Positions 8,573 through 15,908 of a stretch of 43,766 bases of DNA are shown one piece after another. The number at the start of each line of letters is the position of its first letter. Positions within the stretch are counted from its first letter, which is position 1. The position numbers were made by a program, and so were the translations under genes. The notes below the pieces were generated by a model. It worked only from the letters and a program-made list of their open reading frames with translations, was not told where the DNA came from and made no database searches. Source of the DNA: a virus (lineage: Duplodnaviria; Caudoviricetes); IMG/VR virus record IMGVR_UViG_3300010362_000037, positions 1 to 43,766 of that record. One strand, given 5' to 3'.

Positions 8573-9532
8573 ATGAACGCTAACCAAAAGGATGACCTGC
8601 TGCGGAAGATTGCGGGTCTGCTGGCCAAGGCAGAGTCCACAGAGTTCGAAGGCGAGCGCGATGTGTTTCTCGCAAAAGCCGACGAGCTGATGATGAAGTA
8701 CAGCATCGAACTCTGGGAACTCGAACAGGCCAACCAGGGCCGCATCGATCAGAGGCAGCCGGTCATTCGTGACTTCGACTACAACTGGGCGTTCGAGTCT
8801 GGGCCGTTCCCGGAGATCGCAGATGCGCTCTGGACGCTGTTCAACTCGGTCGCTCGGCATGCGAACTGCGTCATCGTCTTTCACAAGCAGCACTACTCGC
8901 ACGAGAAGGGCGGCTACGCATCGGGCATGGTGCCGGTGATCGGTACGGAAAGCGATCTCGGCTACATGACGCTGCTGTTCAGCTCTCTGATGACTCAGCT
9001 CGTCGCCGCTGTTCATCCGAAGGTGGATACGAACAAGGGCTACGAGGAGAACCTGAGGACATTCCGTGAAGCTGGCTGGGGCTGGCTCGAGGTTGCGAAG
9101 GTGATGCAGGAGGCCGGTTACGACCTCGGCATGACGGTGAGCGATGCTCGGCATAAGGAAGCCCACGCCTACCGGCGTTGGTGCAAGCGCATGGGCATCG
9201 ACCAGAACTACGCTCACTTCAAGACCTACCGCCGGAACTTCGGCTATGGGTTTGTGAGTGCTCTGGATACTCGCTTCCGCGAGATGCGCAGCGAACAGGC
9301 TCAGAAGCTCGGAACGGGAATGGAACTCGCTCTCCGCGATCAGCGCGAGATCAACCGCGAGTTCATGTTCGCTCAGTTCCCAGACATGGGCGGTCGGCGC
9401 GGGGCGGTGGTGAAGGACAACCGCAAGTTCGACTCGGCTGCGTACAGCGGCGGGTCGGCGGCCGGGAAGTCCGCCAACATCAGCGTCCATCCGGCGAAGG
9501 GCGTCAAGGGACGCAAGTCGCTCGGAAAATGA
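8573..9532 (+). CDS. DUF2786 domain protein
   Basis: N-terminal KIAGLLAKAESTEFEGERDVFLAKADELMMKY is the DUF2786 signature. Confidence 0.85.
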   Translation: MNANQKDDLLRKIAGLLAKAESTEFEGERDVFLAKADELMMKYSIELWELEQANQGRIDQRQPVIRDFDYNWAFESGPFPEIADALWTLFNSVARHANCVIVFHKQHYSHEKGGYASGMVPVIGTESDLGYMTLLFSSLMTQLVAAVHPKVDTNKGYEENLRTFREAGWGWLEVAKVMQEAGYDLGMTVSDARHKEAHAYRRWCKRMGIDQNYAHFKTYRRNFGYGFVSALDTRFREMRSEQAQKLGTGMELALRDQREINREFMFAQFPDMGGRRGAVVKDNRKFDSAAYSGGSAAGKSANISVHPAKGVKGRKSLGK

Positions 9533-9603
9533 GCAGGAAGTCACCCGTGGGGGCGGGTGGCCTCGTGTTCATCCGAGCACGGAACCGAGAGGAGGGTACC
9601 GCT

Positions 9604-9792
9604 TTGGACAAGGAGTTCAAGGTCACGTTCACGATCACGATCAACGGTGTCACCGAGGTCGAGGCCGAAGACGAAGACGACGCCATGGACATTGTCGATG
9701 GCTGGGATCTGAGCGACTTCGGAGACTTCACCATCGGCGACAGCGAGGTCGATGTGACCGTCGAGGTCGAAGAAGTCAAGAAGGAGAAATGA
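9604..9792 (+). CDS. Small, very acidic protein (VEAEDEDDA motif)
   Basis: TTG start after GGAGGGTACC. Confidence 0.7.
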   Translation: MDKEFKVTFTITINGVTEVEAEDEDDAMDIVDGWDLSDFGDFTIGDSEVDVTVEVEEVKKEK

Positions 9793-10115
9793 CCGATCTG
9801 CCGTTCGAAGACGACATTCGCAACCCGTTCATGCCGGGTGACGATCTACCAAAGCCGAAGATAGGCGACGTGCTTGTTCTTCGCGATATGGAGATCAACG
9901 AGACCTACCCTCGACAGATGAGGGTTGTCGATACTCACGACAATCTTGGCGAGAGCTGGGATCCCGTCGGTGAGGAAGCCTGGATGCAACATGACATGAA
10001 CGACATCGCCGGATTCAAAGGTCACTGGTACGCGATCTGCGAACAAGTCGAGCAACTTGAAGTTTCCGATTCGTATGTCGTTGCCTCATACGAGGTCGCG
10101 ACCATCGAGAGGTAG
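9789..10115 (+). CDS. Hypothetical acidic protein
   Basis: SD AAGGAG; ATGA overlap. Confidence 0.75.
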   Translation: MTDLPFEDDIRNPFMPGDDLPKPKIGDVLVLRDMEINETYPRQMRVVDTHDNLGESWDPVGEEAWMQHDMNDIAGFKGHWYAICEQVEQLEVSDSYVVASYEVATIER

Positions 10116-10180
10116 TTGCGGTTCGCCCGAGTGCGACGGGCGTTCCGGAGCATACCGCTCCAGAAAGAGAGGGTACCAAA

Positions 10181-10762
10181 ATGGTCAAAAGGACAGAGGT
10201 TCCGGATCAGTTCCGGAGCACTGGCCCGACCGCGACCGAACCACAGCTTGGTTGGGCACGTAGGTTGCGGGACGGCAAAGATCTGAGCAGCTTGTCCGAG
10301 GAGCAACAGGATTGGCTAGCCACCGCTGACTTCGACACCTATCCTTCGGAGCTACCGAAGAGCAGGTTGAGTACAGTCATCGAGAAGCTAGTCAGCTTGC
10401 CTTGGGAGAAGCGCAAGGCGGTCGATTCCGGTCTGGACGACGGGCGCTATGGAGTTGAGAACGTACCTGGTCACAAGAACAAGGTCTCGTTCTTCCAACT
10501 CCGTACGCCCAAGGAAGGCGACTGGAAAGGCTACCAGTTCACCGATCAGATCGTGGGTCATGGGAAGCGGTATGGCGTCGTTGACGTCAAGACCCGTATG
10601 AAGATCCACTCTCTGATCAAGGAACAAGGGGCCAACGAGTGCCTCATGCGGTTCGGCGTCGAGTTCAAGCACTGCGGCCGCTGCGGTCGCGAGTTGACCG
10701 ATGACACCAGCCGCGCCTGGGGCATCGGCCCTGACTGCAGAAAGATCCTGGGGCTGTCATGA
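10181..10762 (+). CDS. DUF6011-like zinc-finger protein
   Basis: C-terminal CGRCGRELTDDTSRAWGIGPDC. Confidence 0.8.
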   Translation: MVKRTEVPDQFRSTGPTATEPQLGWARRLRDGKDLSSLSEEQQDWLATADFDTYPSELPKSRLSTVIEKLVSLPWEKRKAVDSGLDDGRYGVENVPGHKNKVSFFQLRTPKEGDWKGYQFTDQIVGHGKRYGVVDVKTRMKIHSLIKEQGANECLMRFGVEFKHCGRCGRELTDDTSRAWGIGPDCRKILGLS

Positions 10763-10941
10763 ACTTCCGCGACTACCTCGGAATGCTCATGAATCTCGAG
10801 ATTGAAGCTGAGGACTCGGGCATTGATCTGAATAAGATTCAGATTGCTGCCTACCTCCTCGAAGACGGGATCATAATGCAGCCCGAGAAACCGTACATCG
10901 ACGGCTTCCATCTCTGCCTCGACTACAAGAGAGGTGAATGA
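10759..10941 (+). CDS. Hypothetical protein
   Basis: ATGA overlaps at both ends. Confidence 0.65.
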   Translation: MNFRDYLGMLMNLEIEAEDSGIDLNKIQIAAYLLEDGIIMQPEKPYIDGFHLCLDYKRGE

Positions 10942-11234
10942 TGCCTCTAGACGAAACCTGGGAGCCCATCGACACCCACGTCCTCATCACCGAGGCGGGG
11001 CCGATCCCGCTGAACATCCGTCGAGTCCAGTCGAGCAATATCAGCTGGGTTGGATGGCCTCAGGCGGCGGAAGCTGCGCCAATGATGGTCGTCCAGTTCG
11101 TTGACGGCAGCCGCTACATCTACTTCGGAGTCAGCCGGCAGCGTGCGAATGCTGTGGCTCGGGCGAAGAGCAGCGGCGAGTACCTCAATCGTAAGATCAA
11201 GAACCAGGGATACCGGGTTCTCAAGGTGCGGTGA
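10938..11234 (+). CDS. KTSC domain protein
   Basis: VQSSNISWVGW...VQFVDGSRYIYFGV...AKSSGEYLNRKIK. Confidence 0.85.
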   Translation: MMPLDETWEPIDTHVLITEAGPIPLNIRRVQSSNISWVGWPQAAEAAPMMVVQFVDGSRYIYFGVSRQRANAVARAKSSGEYLNRKIKNQGYRVLKVR

Positions 11235-11302
11235 CCCGCCGTTCCCACCTACTGGGTGGGGGCGGGAGGTCACACTCCACGTTTCTCCTGGAAAACCAGG
11301 GG

Positions 11303-11350
11303 TAGACGGGTACCATCCCGTACGCTATACTCGGCGTATTGGGTACCATC
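11303..11350 (+). promoter_or_regulatory. Sigma70-type promoter TAGACG-17-TATACT with two GGGTACCATC sites
   Basis: -35 at 11303-11308, -10 at 11326-11331; GGGTACCATC at 11308-11317 and 11341-11350. Confidence 0.75.
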
Positions 11351-11371
11351 AACCGTAGGAGGGAGCATAGA

Positions 11372-11950
11372 ATGCCCCGTAGTCGCAAGACGACGACGGC
11401 TGCATCCACGTCCAGTGGTCGCGGTCGTCCGACAGAGAACAACGTGCCGACGAGCGACATCGTCAAGGCGATCAAGCGCGGCACCACGAGCCACAGTGCT
11501 GTGGCGAACGAGTTGGGCGTGCCGGTTGGCGCCTTCTCGTCCATGCAATTCAGCAGGGCACTGGTCGAGGCCGGTGAAGAGGAAGTCATCCCGGAGCGGC
11601 AGCGCACGGAGAACACCGTGCTCAGGCTCTACGAGGATGAAGGCTACCGCTGGGAGCTGATCGCGGCCAAGTTCGAGACCTCCGTTGCGGACGTCAAGGA
11701 GCTGGTCGGCGGCGTGGACGTTGCCGCAGGTCTGACTCGCGGCAAGAAGGAGAACGGGAACGGCAACGGCAGTTCCTCTCGTTCCTCCAAGAAGCAGACG
11801 ACGGCGCAGAGCGGAAGCAAGACTCGCTCCGTGAAGCGCACGTCGGCCCGCAGCAGCAAGAAGGCGTCGGCGGCATCGTCGGCGGCTGCCCCCACCCGGT
11901 CTCGCACGCGCAAGCAGCGGCAGGCCCGGGCAGGCGGCAACCCTTCCTAG
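11372..11950 (+). CDS. Putative DNA-binding protein: tandem HTH-like core with basic Ser/Arg/Lys-rich tails
   Basis: SHSAVANELGVPVG and YRWELIAAKFETSVADVKEL helices; histone-like C-tail; SD AGGAGGG. Confidence 0.65.
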   Translation: MPRSRKTTTAASTSSGRGRPTENNVPTSDIVKAIKRGTTSHSAVANELGVPVGAFSSMQFSRALVEAGEEEVIPERQRTENTVLRLYEDEGYRWELIAAKFETSVADVKELVGGVDVAAGLTRGKKENGNGNGSSSRSSKKQTTAQSGSKTRSVKRTSARSSKKASAASSAAAPTRSRTRKQRQARAGGNPS

Positions 11951-12000
11951 CGGCGGTCATCGTTGCCCAGAAGAGCGGCGATTGGGATGAGCTTGAGCAG

Positions 12001-12240
12001 TTGCTCTATCCCGGTCGCCGCGTCTGGGTAGTCAGCAAGGTGGATTCAGTCCCGTTCATAGCGGGGCCGTACACCATGGTGAAGTTCAAGCAGTTCTTGC
12101 CGCGAGGAGCCTATGAGCGGTTTGGCGAACTCGCAGAACGCAAGAAATCACTCATCCAGATTTACACCGATCCTGGAGGTCTTCGGACAGTGGCCGCCGC
12201 TGAGATAAGGCTGCAAGATCCAGGTAGGACTGGACGATGA
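12001..12240 (+). CDS. Hypothetical protein; start uncertain, possibly a frameshift extension of 11372-11950
   Basis: Weak SD, TTG start; frame reads as plausible protein back to 11941; stop coincides with the variant element at 12237. Confidence 0.55.
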   Translation: MLYPGRRVWVVSKVDSVPFIAGPYTMVKFKQFLPRGAYERFGELAERKKSLIQIYTDPGGLRTVAAAEIRLQDPGRTGR

Positions 12241-12300
12241 GCTGCGGTTGGCCCGTCGGGGGCGGGCCTTCCGAAGTTCATATCCAAAAGGAGGGTGCCA

Positions 12301-12894
12301 ATGAATATCCTGAAGGAATGGGAGCGTGATCCGCCTTCGGAGCCTATGGACAGTATGCCAGCTCTCTGGTATGACTTCCAGCGGCGACGTGCGGATCCGA
12401 AAAGCCCAGTCCATAGATTCAGGGACAACATTCCGGATGCCTGTGCTCTCGACGGTTCGGGTCAAGTAGCTCTACGCCGCGCTGTTCGAAGCAGAAGGCC
12501 AAACAACGGAAAGATGCACAACCACCAGTCGAAGGTATCGCCTGCGTTGCCAGCGTTGGAAGAGAAGCTCATGAAGTACCTTCCCGCGCTGATGCGATGC
12601 GAGACCTTCGGCGCTCTGTACCACCTGATCGAACTCCTGCGAACTCCAGGGATCGGGCCGATGACGACGTATGATGTCGCTGTACGGTTCGGTGCCTGGC
12701 TTGAGTTGAAGCCCGACTCGATCTACTTGCACGCAGGGACAACAGCCGGCCTCAAGGCGCTCGGTTTCGAACTGCGTGGATGGAATACGTCAATCGCAAT
12801 GGAAGCCTTGCCTCGCATACTGCGGCGCAAGGATCCGGATGAAGTGGAGGATTTCCTGTGCACGTACAGGCGAGCCTTCGAGTTGCTCCCATGA
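12301..12894 (+). CDS. HhH-fold protein resembling aGPT-Pplase / amino acid:DNA transferase family
   Basis: PGIGPMTTYD...YLHAGTTAGL...EVEDFLCTY pattern. Confidence 0.55.
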   Translation: MNILKEWERDPPSEPMDSMPALWYDFQRRRADPKSPVHRFRDNIPDACALDGSGQVALRRAVRSRRPNNGKMHNHQSKVSPALPALEEKLMKYLPALMRCETFGALYHLIELLRTPGIGPMTTYDVAVRFGAWLELKPDSIYLHAGTTAGLKALGFELRGWNTSIAMEALPRILRRKDPDEVEDFLCTYRRAFELLP

Positions 12895-13151
12895 GTGACT
12901 TCGAGAGTAAGTTGCCAGTGTACCAGGCGAAGAGGAGCGAGAGCTTTCCCAAGTTCCTTGTCGTCTATTGTGGCCACAAAGATTGCCAGGGCACAGCGGC
13001 CGGTCGGCCGTTCCTGGTATCAGAAAAGGAATGGCTACGTCCGCGCCGCGTCTTCAACGAGCGGTCGGGCAAGACTACGACCATAGTTGGGAGAGCCTGT
13101 CCGTATTGTTTCCGGGCTGGCAGGATCCCAGCTAGGCGGGAGATCGGCTAG
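12891..13151 (+). CDS. Zinc-binding hypothetical protein
   Basis: CGHKDC...CPYC; ATGA overlap. Confidence 0.65.
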   Translation: MSDFESKLPVYQAKRSESFPKFLVVYCGHKDCQGTAAGRPFLVSEKEWLRPRRVFNERSGKTTTIVGRACPYCFRAGRIPARREIG

Positions 13152-13217
13152 ACTCCCGCGAGGCCGTGTCGGGCCATCCTACAAGCTCGCGGCGCGACAC
13201 AGAACCGCTGCCGCGAC

Positions 13218-13306
13218 GGGGAACCGGGGTAGAATGGTACCCTCCCCCGGTTCCCCAAATCTCTTGAGCGTGATGGTCGCACCTGGGTTCGACTCCCAGG
13301 ACGCTA
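13218..13306 (+). ncRNA. Intergenic hairpin followed by a tRNA-like acceptor/T-arm mini-structure
   Basis: 12-bp perfect IR 13218-13229/13245-13256; AGCGT...CCTGGG-TTCGACT-CCCAGG-ACGCT at 13267-13305. Confidence 0.5.
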
Positions 13307-13334
13307 CTCGCCGTAACCAAAAAGGAGGGTACTA

Positions 13335-13634
13335 ATGAGTCAACCGGAGGTAGAGTTTGTAGATGCTCTACCAGCGAAGGGCAACGCCATCAGCTGGTCA
13401 AGTCGTCTCATTCCTCTACTGAACAACCCGAATCGCTGGGCGCTTGTTTGGACAGCAGAAAGTCCGGATCAAGCGGGCAGCATTCAGTCCAACCTGCATG
13501 GACGCAAGCTCGTCATTCCCGAGCCATCCCACTGGTGGGAGTTCGCGGCTCGTGGGTGCGAGGTCTATGGAGTCTACCGAGGCATGAAGAGAGGTAAGCG
13601 TGCAAGCGTTCGCGGAACTCACAGAGTCAGGTGA
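13335..13634 (+). CDS. Hypothetical protein, probable small DNA-binding protein
   Basis: SD GGAGGGTAC; NPNRWALV...FAAR...VYGVY pattern seen in actinophage proteins. Confidence 0.7.
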   Translation: MSQPEVEFVDALPAKGNAISWSSRLIPLLNNPNRWALVWTAESPDQAGSIQSNLHGRKLVIPEPSHWWEFAARGCEVYGVYRGMKRGKRASVRGTHRVR

Positions 13635-15378
13635 CCGCTGCGCGATTCATTTCCGTTATACACCAGAGCACGTTGCGGCGATGAATCGGCTCAAGCCTCT
13701 TGGAGCCAGGTTCGTCAATAAGGATAACGGTGGGCCACTATGGACACTTCCGCTCGACCTGATAGTGATGAGGCGGCTCAGAGAAGAGTTCGGTGACGGA
13801 CTTGAACTGGGCGCGGCTCTCTCCGCTTGGGGCCGGAAGGAAGTGAAACGGGAGTTGACGCTGAAGAGCTTGTCGGTCATCGACGATGTACCGCTCAAGG
13901 AACTGAAGCTGAGCAAGAAGCTCCCGAAGCTAGCCAAGTGGTTCCGACCGTACCAGCGGGCGGACGTGAAGTTCATGGCGACGACTAGCTGCCTGAACCT
14001 GTTGGAGCCGAGACTCGGCAAGACGACTGAGGTGATTGGGTCGGTCTTCGAGGCTGACTTGGAGATCGGCCCGCACCTGGTCGTTGCGCCGAAATCGACG
14101 CTCGATACGGTCTGGCGGATGGAGATCGAACGATGGACGGATCATACGGTGATCACCTACTCGGGTGATCTAACGCCTGATGAGAAGGCGGCAGCCGAGC
14201 GGACGTATGAACGGTGCTTGAAGCAAGGAAAGCCGTTCTGGTTCGTGACAACTGCTGACATGATCAGGCGGAAATCGTATCCGCAGATCAAGCAGTGGAA
14301 CTCGTTCACGATTGACGAGTTTCACAAGACTGGTCTGCCGGTCGCTCAAAACCGCTTCCCTCAGGAGGCGGTGCGAATCAAGGCTCACAGGAAGTACGGG
14401 CTGAGCGGAACACCGATGGGTGGTAAGCCGGTCAAGCTCTGGGGCGCTCTCCACTGGCTGGAGCCTGAGAAGTTCACGTCGAAATGGCGCTGGGCCGCTC
14501 AGTGGCTGGTCATCGAGAACACCTGGGGCAATCACAGAACGATTGGCAACATCATCCCGGGGCGCGAGGATGCGTTCTATCAAGCTCTCGCTCCCCATGC
14601 CGTCCGGCGTCTGCGGACAGAAGTACTGCCGCAGTTGCCTCAGACGCAATGGATCGACGTATGGTGCGATATGACTCCGAAGCAAGCGAAGCAGTACGAG
14701 GAGTTTCATCGCTCTGCGGAGATCCGCATCGATGAGTACCACTTGTCCGCGACCTCCATCTTGGCCGAGTATACGCGGTTGAAGCAGTTCGCCAACCACA
14801 AGTGCGCGGTCGAGGTACTGTCGGTGGACGAGGATACTGGCCACATCGATATGAAGGTCAAGGCCACCGAGGAGTCCGGCAAGATTCCGTACCTGCTGAA
14901 CAACCTGGCAGAGCGCGGGATTGACCCGGAGGATCCGGATGGCGAAGACCAGGCCATCGTTGCGAGCCAGTTCCGCGAGACCGCCGAGATGATCTACCGA
15001 TACCTGAACAACTACGGGATCGGCTGCGAGATCATCTCGGGGGCGGTCAAGGCGAAGGAGCGCGAGCGAATCATGAATGACTTCCAGTCAGGCAAGGTTC
15101 GCGTAGCGGTCATCGTCACGGCCGCTGCTGGCGTCGGAGTTACGTTGAATCGGGCGAAGGATGTTCACGTACTCGATGAGACGTGGAACCCCGACGACCA
15201 GACGCAGGTGACAGACCGAGCGGTCGATACAACTCGAGACCATCAAGTAACTGCGATGGTCTATCGGTCGCGAGGGACAATCGAAGAGTACATCAAGAGG
15301 GTGAATGACGCGAAGTTCGACATCAATAAGAACGTGCTGGATCTCCGTCGGCAGATCTTGAAACAGAGGTCGAAATGA
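13600..15378 (+). CDS. SNF2-like SF2 helicase with N-terminal HARP-like segment
   Basis: RPYQ, EPRLGKT, LVVAPKS, IDEFH, LSGTP, AAGVGVTL, WNPDDQTQVTDR. Confidence 0.9.
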   Translation: MQAFAELTESGDRCAIHFRYTPEHVAAMNRLKPLGARFVNKDNGGPLWTLPLDLIVMRRLREEFGDGLELGAALSAWGRKEVKRELTLKSLSVIDDVPLKELKLSKKLPKLAKWFRPYQRADVKFMATTSCLNLLEPRLGKTTEVIGSVFEADLEIGPHLVVAPKSTLDTVWRMEIERWTDHTVITYSGDLTPDEKAAAERTYERCLKQGKPFWFVTTADMIRRKSYPQIKQWNSFTIDEFHKTGLPVAQNRFPQEAVRIKAHRKYGLSGTPMGGKPVKLWGALHWLEPEKFTSKWRWAAQWLVIENTWGNHRTIGNIIPGREDAFYQALAPHAVRRLRTEVLPQLPQTQWIDVWCDMTPKQAKQYEEFHRSAEIRIDEYHLSATSILAEYTRLKQFANHKCAVEVLSVDEDTGHIDMKVKATEESGKIPYLLNNLAERGIDPEDPDGEDQAIVASQFRETAEMIYRYLNNYGIGCEIISGAVKAKERERIMNDFQSGKVRVAVIVTAAAGVGVTLNRAKDVHVLDETWNPDDQTQVTDRAVDTTRDHQVTAMVYRSRGTIEEYIKRVNDAKFDINKNVLDLRRQILKQRSK

Positions 15379-15572
15379 TCTATCACGTGTTCATCGTCAT
15401 TCTAGCGATTATCGGCGTCTGGATGGGCGTAGAACGCGCCCTGGACAGGCATCGCGAAGATCGCTTGAATGCAGAAAACGACGATCACACGCCCCGCTAC
15501 GAGAGACCGGAGCCATACGATGAGCCGCTTTCGGCGGCCGAACTCAAGGCTATGGAACGCTGGTTCTCGTGA
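15375..15572 (+). CDS. Small membrane protein
   Basis: N-terminal hydrophobic helix; ATGA overlap. Confidence 0.65.
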   Translation: MIYHVFIVILAIIGVWMGVERALDRHREDRLNAENDDHTPRYERPEPYDEPLSAAELKAMERWFS

Positions 15573-15815
15573 AAAACGTGAAGAAGGAACGTGGGTACCA
15601 ACCGGGCCAGCCTCCCCCTACGGGGGAGGCAGGAGCCCATCTATATTAACGCGCCCGAGGCTGCCCTGCTCTCCCGCGCCTACGTGTAAGCGCATACGTA
15701 TGCGCGTATACGAGGCTGTGGAGGGTATGGGCGGCTCGCGGGCGCGCTTATTTCGCGCGAGCGAGCCGGCATATCAAGTCAGCGTGATCAGAAAATGTTC
15801 GCTATTTCCGAAGAT

Positions 15816-15844
15816 TAGACTTCCACGCCCGCATCTAGTAGACT
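15816..15844 (+). promoter_or_regulatory. Promoter TAGACT-17-TAGACT for the replication operon
   Basis: Exact 17-nt spacing; same TAGAC -35 as the promoter at 11303. Confidence 0.65.
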
Positions 15845-15908
15845 TTCCGGGACGTTTCGTTGACGAGCAACCGGAGGCGACGGGCAGCCGGTTGTAGGAG
15901 GGGGAACC

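Larger units (their letters stand above)
2097..12299 (+). repeat. Dispersed intergenic structured element, 11 clear and 2 variant copies
   Basis: Starts at 2097, 2626, 2799, 3390, 4320, 5251, 5901, 6701, 7436, 8491, 9529 (variants 10112, 12237); consensus TGAGYA-GRAA-GYY-[stem-loop]-RGC-CTYG-TRYTCA-[loop]-GARYRC...GGAGGGTACC. Confidence 0.9.

Noticed and set aside
8552-9544. Long antisense ORFs (8552-9544 minus, 31284-32387 plus, 42449-43114 plus and similar)
   Set aside because: Shadow frames of recognisable genes in GC-rich DNA, lacking SDs and motifs
2097-12299. Repeated intergenic elements as known self-cleaving ribozymes or intrinsic terminators
   Set aside because: No hammerhead CUGANGA/GAAA core arrangement, no hairpin-ribozyme N^GUC opposite AGAA or loop B, and no U-tract after the stems
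2097-12299. Repeated elements as integron attC sites or a CRISPR array
   Set aside because: No GTTRRRY/RYYYAAC boxes or integrase; spacing is whole genes; repeats vary in length and show RNA-type G-U pairing
13267-13306. Complete tRNA gene
   Set aside because: No anticodon arm, no proper D-stem and no CCA; kept only as a tRNA-like fragment
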